Position numbers and translations under genes: made by a program. Below, one piece after another: positions 19,409 through 28,832 of a DNA stretch of 64,000 nt. The notes below the pieces were generated by a model, which was not told the origin of the DNA, did no database searches, and saw nothing but the letters and a program-made list of their open reading frames with translations. The first letter of the stretch is position 1. Each line of letters starts with the position of its first letter. The stretch is from Bdellovibrionales bacterium (GTDB lineage: Bacteria; Bdellovibrionota; Bdellovibrionia; Bdellovibrionales; JAUICD01). The stretch is from positions 32,001 through 96,000 of the forward strand of contig CBDANC010000014.1 in assembly GCA_965197425.1 (NCBI GenBank), read 5' to 3'.

Positions 19409-19702
19409 TCATGTATTCTTACACAGTTTGTATAGATATCCTCCCAGTGTATTTGCGTCTTTTATTAGATTTTTGTTGTTTATGATCTCTAGTATTGCTT
19501 GTGTTTCCCTAAGCGACCCAAGGCTTATAGAATAAAACTTTCTTCTATCTTTAGCTGTTGGCTTTGCAGTTCCTTCTGCAAGATTTAGTACAATGCTTAG
19601 GATAGCCCTTTGGAACTGATTTTTAAGCGGTTCTTTTAAGTATAAATTCTTAGAATTGTTATAGAACCTAACTGCTAATTGATATGTTTTTAATTTTTTC
19701 AT
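19409..19702 (-). CDS. Four-helix-bundle protein (23S rRNA IVS protein / Avd-like family)
   Basis: LKTYQLA...LKNQFQRAILSIVLNLAEG...DRRKFYSISLGSLRETQAIL matches the family pattern (Q..RA..S...N.AEG; F..IA.GS..E); AAGGAG RBS. Confidence 0.88.
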   Translation of the reverse strand: MKKLKTYQLAVRFYNNSKNLYLKEPLKNQFQRAILSIVLNLAEGTAKPTAKDRRKFYSISLGSLRETQAILEIINNKNLIKDANTLGGYLYKLCKNT

Positions 19703-19710
19703 AATATGCT

Positions 19711-19783
19711 GTCTCCTTTTTTAGAAAAAATATTTGCTCTATAGTTTTTATCTGAGAGGAAATATTTTTAAAAAAAAGGAGAC
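19711..19783 (-). promoter_or_regulatory. Long imperfect inverted repeat overlapping the RBS of the four-helix-bundle gene
   Basis: Arms gtctccttttttagaaaaaatatttgctct (19711-19740) and agaggaaatatttttaaaaaaaaggagac (19755-19783); the 3' arm on the minus strand contains AAGGAG 10 nt before the ATG. Confidence 0.8.
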
Positions 19784-19784
19784 C

Positions 19785-19840
19785 ATTGCCTGAATGCCAG
19801 ATTGACTGATTGACTGATTGACTGCTTGCCCGTTTGCCCA
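19785..19840. repeat. Degenerate 8-nt tandem array, 7 units, same unit and orientation as 19321-19400
   Basis: attgcctg aatgccag attgactg attgactg attgactg cttgcccg tttgccca. Confidence 0.93.
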
Positions 19841-19860
19841 CCCACTTGATAACTATCAGA

Positions 19861-19954
19861 CAAAAAGATGTTTTAGGTTCACTTGGACTTCGTCCTGCAT
19901 TTCACCAATCTATCTTATTTGCCTCGTTAGGAAGATCTCGAGTGGAAGACCTTG
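19861..19954. repeat. Dispersed mosaic repeat family, locus C (overlaps the RND 3' end)
   Basis: 27-nt identity with 588-614; cttatttgcctcgttaggaaga and ggaagaccttg match 50024-50052. Confidence 0.85.
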
Positions 19955-22900
19955 AAAACAAACTTTTTATATCATCTAAGATAGCAAGACTTGATGGTAA
20001 TACCACTGTAGTTAAGATTGAGCCTATGCAAATACCCCAACCCAGTGCCATTGCCATAGGAACCACAAACTTATCCAAACCCCCAATACCGTAAGCAGTT
20101 GGCAATATTCCAGCAACAGTAGTGACTGTAGTTAAAAATATTGGTCTCAATCTAACTTTACATGCAGAAACAATGCTGTCTAATTTTGGCATACCTTTTT
20201 TTCTAGCATTATTTACAAAAACTATTAATACAATAGAATTATTAACAATAACTCCAGAAAGAGCAATCAAACCGAGACTTCCTAAAAAGGTAATTGGCAA
20301 CCCATGCACAAAGAAAGCCCATATCACAGCTATCATCCCAAGAGGTATAGTCAAAAATAACACTAGCAAAGACTGTAATATACTTTGAAATGTAATAACC
20401 AAAATTAAAAACACACCTAAAATTGCTACAACAAATGTTCTGCCTAAAGAAGCAAAGCTTTCTTTGGTATCTTCATCTTCCCCGCCAAATGAAAAGGTAA
20501 CACTTTTGAATTTTTCTGAGTTTTCTTTTATAAAATCTAAAGCCTGCTTATTTACAGCAAGTACACTATTAACCGTTGTGTCAATATCCCCTAGTATGCG
20601 AACCTGCCTTTCGTTGTCTTGATGATCAAAACTTGCCACACCTTGAGTATGTGTAAATTCTGCCACAGAACTTAATGGAATTAATTGACCAAATCTGTTA
20701 GTAATTTTTAGCCGCCTAATAGAGTCCAGAGATTGTTTTTTGTCACTTGGCCAGGTAACCTTCACCGCTATTTCTTCATCTAAAGTATGTATTTGTGTTG
20801 CCTCTACCCCTTCAAATGCAGATCTTACAGTCAAACCAACATCAGTTACATTTAATCCTGCCGCATTAGCTTCCTCCTGTCTTAACTTAACTTGTAGCTC
20901 TTTTTTTCCCATCACATATGTATCCCTTATATCTGATGTACCAGGGATTGTTTGTAAGAAATCTTTTAAGGTAGCAACAACTGGCAAGATTTCCTCATAC
21001 TCATCTGCATTTACACCTATACTAATCGGATCTCCTGTAGGAGGGCCTGGCTGTATTCTTTCAAAGGTTAATGTATCTAGACCATCAGGTATTTTTGTCT
21101 CCTTTCTTAAAGCTTCAATTATTTCTTTAGCAGTTCTATCTCTATCAGGCTCAGGGGTTAGATACACAACCATCTGTGCTAGGTTGGTTCCAACTCTTAT
21201 TACAGGATCACTTGAACTAAGCTGTTGCGTACCTACCTTTGTGATAAATACATCCAATTCCTCAGAGCTTAGTTGGGAAACCTTATCCTCAACCGGCTTA
21301 ATCAATCTAGCAGTTTCATTAACAGTTGTACCAACAGGAGCCTCAGCTTTAACCAAGAAAATTTCTACACCATCCGGAGGAAACAAAATAACTTTCATAA
21401 ATTTGTGTGAAACAAAGATAGTGGAGAAAAATAATATCACCGCAAATGTTGTAACATAATATCTTTTTTTCAAAGAAAATTTTAAAAATGATTCATATAA
21501 TACAACCAATTTGTTATTCCAAAAACGATCTACCCTCTTATAAATTTTATTTTTGTCTTTGGTAAAATCTGCTTTTCTCAATAAAAAGCCAATGTGATGT
21601 GGTAAGATAAAAAAGCACTCAATCAAACTAAATACGAGACCTGCTAAAACTCCAAGTGGTAGATTTGATACAAATTTTCCAAAAATACCATCCATAAACA
21701 TAAGAGGCAAAAATACAACTATAGTAGTAGTCACAGCAGCAGTAACAGGCTGCCATATTTCTTGTGTACCAACTATTGCACCTTCATGAGAGTCATGTCC
21801 TCGCTCTATATAGCGCATCGAATTTTCAACCACAACAACAGCATCATCAACCAGCATACCTACAACAATGATCAACCCCATCATTGTTAATAAGTTTATG
21901 CTTATCCCAACAGAATTAAAAAATATAAGTGTTCCTAAAAAAGCAAATGGTATGCCTATTGCAGTTAAGATGGCTATCTTAAATGGAAAAAACAAGCTAA
22001 GTACCAACAACACCAAACATAAACCCACACCCAGGTTATTCACCAAAACACTTAATCTTCGTCTTATATAGTAAGAGGCATCGTTAGCATATTCGATAGA
22101 AAGCCCTTCTCTTGTAATTTCATCTTCTAAGGTATTAATAAATGTTTGAACTCTATCTACCAAATCTATCGCATCTGCAGATTCCTTTTTTATAACAGTA
22201 AGAGTGATAGCATCTTGATTTTGTGCTCTATAAAGAGTGGTAGGTTTACTGGTTGTTTGCACAACTTTTGCGACATCTTTAATCCTTATTGCATCCGCAA
22301 TATCATTGGCTCTTACAACTGTATCTTCAATATCTAGTGTTGTCTCATATTCTCCAACAGTCCTTACTATAAATTCTTTACCATCTGATACTTCAATCAT
22401 ACCACCTGGTATAGACACATTTTGATTACCCACAGCTAATATAAGATCATTTAACGATAGTTGATACCTCGACAATTTTCCTGGGATGGCTTCAATATGT
22501 ATTTCCAGCTCTTCCATTCCAAAAGGTTCAATTTTTGAAACTCCATCAAGTTTCAAAAGTTTTTTCTCTAAGTCTCTTGCAAAAGCCCTTTTTTTAAGCT
22601 TGGGCACATTTCCAATTAAAAGCAGTTCTAAAATTGGCTGGTCATTACTCTCTAACTCCAATACAATGGGCTTTTCAGCATCCTTTGGAAGTTCAATAAA
22701 TCTCTCAACGATTTCCTGTGCATCCTGCTTTACTTCGTAAGCGGTTGTCTGATCTGGATCAACTATTAGGCTTATATAACTTCTATTTTCAATAGAAGTT
22801 GATTTCATTTCTTTTACTCCGGTTACCTCTTTTAAGTCTTGCTCTAAAGGATTTGTTATAAGCCTTTCTATTTCACCGGGAGATGCTCCGGGAAATATTG

Positions 22901-23048
22901 TATTAATATTGACAACTTCAAAGGATATATTGGGGAAAGCTTCCTTTTTAATATTAAAAGCTGCATATGTTCCCATAAGGAACACATAGATAAGCACTAA
23001 GACAGCTAAGAATCCCTGTCTTGCAAAAAAATCAATTAGAGCTTTCAA
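19902..23048 (-). CDS. RND (AcrB/AcrD/AcrF family) transporter permease
   Basis: 1048 aa; GMLVDDAVVVVEN and RLRPIFLTT motifs; RND TM pattern. Confidence 0.94.
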   Translation of the reverse strand: MKALIDFFARQGFLAVLVLIYVFLMGTYAAFNIKKEAFPNISFEVVNINTIFPGASPGEIERLITNPLEQDLKEVTGVKEMKSTSIENRSYISLIVDPDQTTAYEVKQDAQEIVERFIELPKDAEKPIVLELESNDQPILELLLIGNVPKLKKRAFARDLEKKLLKLDGVSKIEPFGMEELEIHIEAIPGKLSRYQLSLNDLILAVGNQNVSIPGGMIEVSDGKEFIVRTVGEYETTLDIEDTVVRANDIADAIRIKDVAKVVQTTSKPTTLYRAQNQDAITLTVIKKESADAIDLVDRVQTFINTLEDEITREGLSIEYANDASYYIRRRLSVLVNNLGVGLCLVLLVLSLFFPFKIAILTAIGIPFAFLGTLIFFNSVGISINLLTMMGLIIVVGMLVDDAVVVVENSMRYIERGHDSHEGAIVGTQEIWQPVTAAVTTTIVVFLPLMFMDGIFGKFVSNLPLGVLAGLVFSLIECFFILPHHIGFLLRKADFTKDKNKIYKRVDRFWNNKLVVLYESFLKFSLKKRYYVTTFAVILFFSTIFVSHKFMKVILFPPDGVEIFLVKAEAPVGTTVNETARLIKPVEDKVSQLSSEELDVFITKVGTQQLSSSDPVIRVGTNLAQMVVYLTPEPDRDRTAKEIIEALRKETKIPDGLDTLTFERIQPGPPTGDPISIGVNADEYEEILPVVATLKDFLQTIPGTSDIRDTYVMGKKELQVKLRQEEANAAGLNVTDVGLTVRSAFEGVEATQIHTLDEEIAVKVTWPSDKKQSLDSIRRLKITNRFGQLIPLSSVAEFTHTQGVASFDHQDNERQVRILGDIDTTVNSVLAVNKQALDFIKENSEKFKSVTFSFGGEDEDTKESFASLGRTFVVAILGVFLILVITFQSILQSLLVLFLTIPLGMIAVIWAFFVHGLPITFLGSLGLIALSGVIVNNSIVLIVFVNNARKKGMPKLDSIVSACKVRLRPIFLTTVTTVAGILPTAYGIGGLDKFVVPMAMALGWGICIGSILTTVVLPSSLAILDDIKSLFSRSSTRDLPNEANKIDW

Positions 23049-24465
23049 GCTTGTTTCCTATTTTTTTATATTTATCTTCTATTGTTTTGAGATATTCTTG
23101 GATTGTGTCATACATCTTGGCCACTTCCCATCCTGTGAATTGTAATTCTTCTTTTGAATCGATCAAATCTAAATTTGCAACAAGTTGCTCTTCTCCTGTT
23201 TGAATAAGTTGTAATATGGTTGATCTACCTATTGAATATCTTTTCTCCTCTAGTACCATTATTTTCTTGTAGTTTTTTAAAGTCTCCTCTTTGAGTTTAA
23301 CCGATTCATTTAAAAATGAAAGTTTGGAACACATATTGAGCCAATCTCTTTTAATGTTGGTTTTTAATGATGCCAATTGTGCATTTGTTTTTGCCTCTCT
23401 TCCAAGCGCAGTGTACAGCTCTGCTTTGGCAGCATTGTTGGGTAATGGATATGATAGCCTGAAACCAATATTCCAGTCCTCTGGCATATCTTCAATTGGT
23501 AACTGTCTGTATTGAAATATAAGATCAAAATTCGGTAAGAACATTAGTTTTTTATTTTTTACATCCAAAGACATGGCTTTACTTTGATTTTCCAGTGCTT
23601 TTACTTCTAATGAAGTCTCTGGGGCATTTTTAGAACACAGCTCTAGTGATTTTTCGAACATGCTGTCGGTCTTTGTAGGTACTATATTTGGATCAATATT
23701 TAGCCACTCTCCTTCTAATTTGATATTTAGTGCCAGCTCATTCCAGAACTCTTGCATAACTTGCTGAGTTTGGTTGTATTGAATTTTAGATGAGGTAAGA
23801 GTCGATTTAGCTCTTAGAAGATCACCTTCTTCTGCCGTTCCCCTATTTAGTTTTATGTTTGTTATTTTAACAAGCTTTTCTTTATTTTTTAAGTTTTCCT
23901 TTAAAGAATCAGATTTTAACTTAGAACTTACTGCCTTATAGTAAAATCTAATTACATTGAGCATCCAATCTTCTATTGATTTTTTATAAAACCCGAGTTG
24001 TGCTTCAGAAGTAAGGCTACCTATTTTTTTTGATCTTCTAGATTTAATACCAAACATATCATTCATCAAGGACTGTGAAATAGATATAGAAGCGAATTCT
24101 CCCAATCGGTTGCTATTTGAACCAACCTCAATCCCTGTACCTGTGGAAAAATATTTACTCACACTAATTGTATTTTCAGTCATAGTTGTTAAGTCATTTA
24201 GTAAAAGCTCCTGGCGAGTCAGATTTAACTTGGGGTCATGAGGAGCTAATGCACGATATTTGTAACTGGGTATTATATATTTATCTGCCTCTATAATCTT
24301 AAAGTGATCAGAGTGCATCATACTCAGAGCAATTATAGACTCTGTATCCAAGCTCCCACCCAGAACATCCAACTTTTTTTTCATAGATGGAGTAAGTTCA
24401 GTGATCTTATTCGCTTTTGATATTTGAGGAGATAAAAGCATTAAAATTACAATTGCAAATTTCAT
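23032..24465 (-). CDS. TolC family outer-membrane protein
   Basis: Signal peptide, two OEP-like helical repeats, EEKRYSIGRSTILQL; overlaps the RND start. Confidence 0.82.
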   Translation of the reverse strand: MKFAIVILMLLSPQISKANKITELTPSMKKKLDVLGGSLDTESIIALSMMHSDHFKIIEADKYIIPSYKYRALAPHDPKLNLTRQELLLNDLTTMTENTISVSKYFSTGTGIEVGSNSNRLGEFASISISQSLMNDMFGIKSRRSKKIGSLTSEAQLGFYKKSIEDWMLNVIRFYYKAVSSKLKSDSLKENLKNKEKLVKITNIKLNRGTAEEGDLLRAKSTLTSSKIQYNQTQQVMQEFWNELALNIKLEGEWLNIDPNIVPTKTDSMFEKSLELCSKNAPETSLEVKALENQSKAMSLDVKNKKLMFLPNFDLIFQYRQLPIEDMPEDWNIGFRLSYPLPNNAAKAELYTALGREAKTNAQLASLKTNIKRDWLNMCSKLSFLNESVKLKEETLKNYKKIMVLEEKRYSIGRSTILQLIQTGEEQLVANLDLIDSKEELQFTGWEVAKMYDTIQEYLKTIEDKYKKIGNKLESSN

Positions 24466-24498
24466 CCAGAGAAGATTAGCATCAAAATATTTACACTT

Positions 24499-25311
24499 TC
24501 AACACAAAATAGACTTTTTGTTTATCCCCATGTGGCAGATCGCAAAATCGTACTTAGTTGGATTTTTTGGATCCAGTTTTTTTAAGGAATTAGTTATGTC
24601 CTGAGCAGTGACCCAGTCAGCACTGTTTCTCTTAGTAAGACCCAAAATTTTAGATTGTCTCATAAGATGGGTGTCTAGAGGAATTATTAACTCTTTTTTA
24701 TCAAAGCTCTTCCATATGTTTAAATCCATTTGAGTATCCCCTACCATCCATCTAAGAAACAGATTTAACCTTTTACAAGCGCTTTTATTTGAAGGCTTTG
24801 GCAGTAGATAAAAAAACGATTTTTTTTTGACCAAGGGAGGCGTTACTTTGGGTTTTAAATTAACCAAACCATCTACAATTCGATTTAACAGTTCAAAAGC
24901 TGTATCAGTCTTTTTAGGCTTAAAATATTTTTCCATAGATCCGGAAGTGTTATAAACATGCCTCAATAAAATTAAAAGATCGTATAGATCTTGAGAATCA
25001 TTAAACCTGTGCTTCCAACCTCGATAAGTTCTATAAATCGTACTAGGGCTAGTGTTTACAAGCCACTTGTAAGGGTTACTCCCCATGGGCTTTATTATTT
25101 TATTTACACTATTTTTAATTTGATCCACCCTACCATAAGCAAAGGTTGCAGATAAAAAAGCCACAAGCTCCTTATCTCGCTTCGTCTTAAAGGCTAATAC
25201 AGGTGCTATTGCATCATTTACCACCTCATGATTTTTTACATACTCAAGGTGCACCCTATCTAATGTTTTTTTTAGCTTTGTTGTAAAATTCATATGCATA
25301 TATTCAACCAC
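24499..25311 (-). CDS. TIGR02757/DUF2400 family protein
   Basis: FAYGRV, SACKRLNLFLRWMV, IPLDTH and DPKNPTKYDFAI motifs. Confidence 0.88.
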   Translation of the reverse strand: MVEYMHMNFTTKLKKTLDRVHLEYVKNHEVVNDAIAPVLAFKTKRDKELVAFLSATFAYGRVDQIKNSVNKIIKPMGSNPYKWLVNTSPSTIYRTYRGWKHRFNDSQDLYDLLILLRHVYNTSGSMEKYFKPKKTDTAFELLNRIVDGLVNLKPKVTPPLVKKKSFFYLLPKPSNKSACKRLNLFLRWMVGDTQMDLNIWKSFDKKELIIPLDTHLMRQSKILGLTKRNSADWVTAQDITNSLKKLDPKNPTKYDFAICHMGINKKSILC

Positions 25312-25479
25312 ATATCAGTTAGCATTGGTCTGGAAAATTTACAATTATATAACTTAAAAGTTTTTTTAAAAAAATCTATATTATAATGAACCTTGCAGAT
25401 ACTTATGGCCTTTAGAATCTTTAACAAAAACAAATAATATAACCAATGAAATAATATCTGTAGAGGATCAAGCTAGTTT

Positions 25480-26625
25480 ATGTGTAAAAAAAGCTTAGTA
25501 TTGTCTTTAATGTTATTTATATCAAACATAGCAACTGCTTCAGATTGTGTTGATGCACTGACTGATAAAAGAGAAATCCACAAGTTGGCTAAGCAATTCT
25601 TTGATGCAAGTACATATGGAGATGTTGAGCAAATCAATTTTTTACTTGAACAATATCCAGGTCTTATAAATATACAAGACGCATTTGGAAACTCACCTTT
25701 AATACTTGCAAGTACTCTAGGACACCATAATGTTGTTCTAGCTTTATTGGATTACGAGCCTATATATGATGAAGTCCATGCTCATCCATTAGGTAATTTT
25801 GATTATTTTAATACTTTTTCGATAAACTTTCCTCAAAATGTAGATGTAAATATCGTGGATGATTACGGTAGAAACGCCATGATGTGGGCAAGTGCTATGG
25901 GATACAACCACATAGTTGAGCTTTTTATGAAGGAAGGATCAACTATTATGGACACTAAAGACAATAATGGAATGACTGCGTTATCCTTAGCAGCTGAGGC
26001 AGGACATATTGAAGTAGTTGAAACCTTACTGCAAACACTTGAAACAGATGGCCTGTTCAAAATGCTCAGTTCTGATGTTTTTCAAAAGCTTCAAGCATCA
26101 GTTAAAAAAGACATAGAAGAGAAAACAGTTGATATTAACTCAAAAGATTATTATGGGTTTACACCCTTGTTGTGGGCAACCTACAACAATCATCCTGAAG
26201 TAATCAAAGCTCTGATAGACAACGATGCCAGTAAGAAGTTTAGCAATATTCTCTCTGGAGACGAAGAAGTAAGCTTTTATGAACTTGAAAGCCTATACAA
26301 CATCCCTTTTCTTGATGTTAACCTAGAAGATGGAAAAGGATATACAGCATTACATTGGGCAGCCGTGTTGGCTGACTATAACACTGTAAAACTTTTACTT
26401 GATACACATGATGTGGATGTATCCGATATTGATCTTGATAAAATTCAGCATCGAGATATTGAGATATTCTTAGATAAACATGAATATTTTGATAATTTTT
26501 ATAAAGACATTGCCACAGCCTGGAACGAAAAAATCATAAATCCATATACCATCATGGTATGGGCAAACAAGTTTTTATCGGATAATCGTTACTATGACAG
26601 TGACATATATGATCTCAGTTTATAA
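25480..26625 (+). CDS. Secreted ankyrin-repeat protein
   Basis: Signal peptide ...NIATA-SDCVDAL; GNSPLILAS, GMTALSLAA, GFTPLLWAT and GYTALHWAA repeats with inserted loops. Confidence 0.9.
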   Translation: MCKKSLVLSLMLFISNIATASDCVDALTDKREIHKLAKQFFDASTYGDVEQINFLLEQYPGLINIQDAFGNSPLILASTLGHHNVVLALLDYEPIYDEVHAHPLGNFDYFNTFSINFPQNVDVNIVDDYGRNAMMWASAMGYNHIVELFMKEGSTIMDTKDNNGMTALSLAAEAGHIEVVETLLQTLETDGLFKMLSSDVFQKLQASVKKDIEEKTVDINSKDYYGFTPLLWATYNNHPEVIKALIDNDASKKFSNILSGDEEVSFYELESLYNIPFLDVNLEDGKGYTALHWAAVLADYNTVKLLLDTHDVDVSDIDLDKIQHRDIEIFLDKHEYFDNFYKDIATAWNEKIINPYTIMVWANKFLSDNRYYDSDIYDLSL

Positions 26626-26669
26626 TATTAAACAATTATCAAAGCAACATTAGCAGAAAGCGAAAACTT

Positions 26670-27443
26670 TTAAGTTTGCTTGAATCGGTTTTCAAATAAT
26701 TTTTTGAACATTGTAGGAGATATTTCTTCTGCTCTTGCATTTTTGGGTAAGTTAAATTTTTCCAAATGACAATCGAGCCATTTGACATTGGATACTACTT
26801 TTTTTCTTCTGTTTGAAAAAGCTTTTTTTACAAATCTTAGAAAGTCTAGTTTAGATTCGATTTCGTTATTTATTTTTTCAAAGGACAGTACTCTGCTAAA
26901 CACTCTAGGGGGTGGATAGAAATCTTTTGGGCCCAAGTTGACAACTTGTTTTATGTTCCAAAAATTTTGAGCTATAACAGACAATATTCCATAGTCTTTT
27001 TTTTCTCCTTTTTTTGCCATGATTCTATCTGCTACTTCTTTTTGAAACATAAGAACCATTTTATCCAGAGCTGGATTATCTATTGATCTATCTACTAGAA
27101 TTCTGGAGGCTATTTTGTAGGGTAAGTTACTAACCAACACAGTGCCTCGCTCAATTAACTTAGTCCAATCAATTTTTAGTGCATCACCATGAATTATTTG
27201 AGCTCCATTCCACTTATTAGTAAATTTTTTTTCCTTCTCTACTAAAACAATATTATTGTGTTTTTTCATTAAGTGATCTGTGAGAGAGCCAAGTCCAGGG
27301 CCTATTTCGATGATTTTTTTAGGATTATCAACAAGGGCTTCACTAATAATTGTTAAAATCACTTTTTCATTTACCAAAAAGTTTTGTCCCATATTTTTTT
27401 TTGGTATATGAGCCAAACTTTTTAGCTGATCTTTTATTCTCAT
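26670..27443 (-). CDS. rsmA: 16S rRNA adenine dimethyltransferase RsmA/KsgA
   Basis: GQNFL, EIGPGLG, SNLPY and MFQKEVADR motifs. Confidence 0.96.
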   Translation of the reverse strand: MRIKDQLKSLAHIPKKNMGQNFLVNEKVILTIISEALVDNPKKIIEIGPGLGSLTDHLMKKHNNIVLVEKEKKFTNKWNGAQIIHGDALKIDWTKLIERGTVLVSNLPYKIASRILVDRSIDNPALDKMVLMFQKEVADRIMAKKGEKKDYGILSVIAQNFWNIKQVVNLGPKDFYPPPRVFSRVLSFEKINNEIESKLDFLRFVKKAFSNRRKKVVSNVKWLDCHLEKFNLPKNARAEEISPTMFKKLFENRFKQT

Positions 27444-27530
27444 AACACTGACCCTCGCCTAGCAACAAACTGGCTTCCCCAGTTTTTGATAAGCGAATTA
27501 CGTTCCGGCACAGTTACTTAACACTCAAAA

Positions 27531-27572
27531 GTGAAAACAAAACATCATTTGGCCGAGTGGTTGCCCAGCTTT
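27531..27572 (-). repeat. Dispersed mosaic repeat family, locus D (inverted orientation)
   Basis: The reverse complement aaagctgggcaaccactcggccaaatgatgttttgttttcac shares aaagctgggcaaccact (17 nt) with 49863-49879 and continues like 19861 onward. Confidence 0.75.
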
Positions 27573-27589
27573 CTACCTCATAGCTTAGA

Positions 27590-28600
27590 TTATAACAAGT
27601 CAGAATTAACTTTAGGTGCTAAATCCTGGGTTGATCTATGCCCTGCATTTAGTCTCAAAATGCCCGCAAGCCCTATCATTGCGGCATTGTCAGTACAATA
27701 TCTGACAGGAGGTATATTAACTACAAACCCAAGCTCATTTAATCTATGTCTTAATCTTGTATTGGCACTTACTCCACCACTTACCAATAAGTTCTTAACA
27801 TTATACTTGTTGCTGGCCATTACGAGTTTTTTAATCAAAACATCTACTACTGCCTCTTCGAAAGATGCACATATATCGTTTATTGTTTTGTCATCTATTT
27901 TAGATTTTCTGATTGTGTTTAAGGCACAAGTTTTCAACCCAGAGAAACTAAAGTTATAGTTGTCTTTTTTATCTAATGCTCTTGGGAACTTAAACCTTTG
28001 TGGATCACCGAGGCTGGCTTTTTTGTTTACAAACGCTCCCCCTGGAAATCCTAGGTTTAGAGCTTTAGAAAGTTTGTCGAATGCCTCACCAGCAGCATCA
28101 TCCAAACATCTCCCTATTATTTGATATTGGAAAAGTTCATCTACTTTAACAAGCAAGCTATGCCCACCACTGACAATTAATGCTAAAAATGGTTCATTGT
28201 AAGAGAATTTTGGCTTATATGTTTCATCTATCAGGAATGGAGCAAAGATATGACCCTCTATGTGATCTACTCCCAATAGAGGTTTATTTTTGCTAAGTGC
28301 AAGTGTCTTTGCAGTAACTACTCCTACAATTAGAGAGCTTATAAGCCCAGGCCCTTTTGTAACACAGATACCATCTATATCATCATAGGTAAAATTGGTG
28401 TCTTCCATTGCCTGTGATATTAAAGGTAGGAGCAACTCTAGGTGATTTCTACCAGCAATTTCAGGTACAACACCTTTAAACATCTCGTGCGCTTCTATTT
28501 GATGTTTGGTAGCGATCCAAAGCACTTCTAATTTGTGATTTATTATTGCTACAGAGGTGTCATCACAACTGGTTTCTATTGCAAGTACTGTTTTTATCAC
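27590..28600 (-). CDS. tsaD: tRNA threonylcarbamoyltransferase TsaD
   Basis: IETSCDDT, HIEGH, SGGHS, DDAAGEAFDK and TDNAAMI motifs. Confidence 0.96.
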   Translation of the reverse strand: MIKTVLAIETSCDDTSVAIINHKLEVLWIATKHQIEAHEMFKGVVPEIAGRNHLELLLPLISQAMEDTNFTYDDIDGICVTKGPGLISSLIVGVVTAKTLALSKNKPLLGVDHIEGHIFAPFLIDETYKPKFSYNEPFLALIVSGGHSLLVKVDELFQYQIIGRCLDDAAGEAFDKLSKALNLGFPGGAFVNKKASLGDPQRFKFPRALDKKDNYNFSFSGLKTCALNTIRKSKIDDKTINDICASFEEAVVDVLIKKLVMASNKYNVKNLLVSGGVSANTRLRHRLNELGFVVNIPPVRYCTDNAAMIGLAGILRLNAGHRSTQDLAPKVNSDLL

Positions 28601-28832
28601 CTTGACACCTCTTAATTAGAAAATATACCATCCACCAAACATTTTGTTGAATTTTTTTTATTCTTTTAGAAAAAATCCAAAGCTCTCTTGGAATGAATAC
28701 AAATTAAATGGTAAACTAGCAAATTGTATCAAGATTTTAAATAGATAACTCAGATTAAGGGTACAGTGAGATAGACAAATATTTAATAGAGATAGCATAT
28801 TTTTATATTAAGATTATTGTATTAAGGTCATC

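Noticed and set aside
19321..19840. CRISPR array or diversity-generating retroelement at the 8-mer arrays / Avd-like gene
   Set aside because: Units are contiguous 8-mers with no spacers; there is no cas gene, no reverse transcriptase and no recognisable template/variable repeat pair in the window.
20122..22740. Many antisense ORFs within the RND, ankyrin, fab, idh and icmF genes
   Set aside because: Shadow frames of well-supported genes, with no RBS or recognisable motifs.
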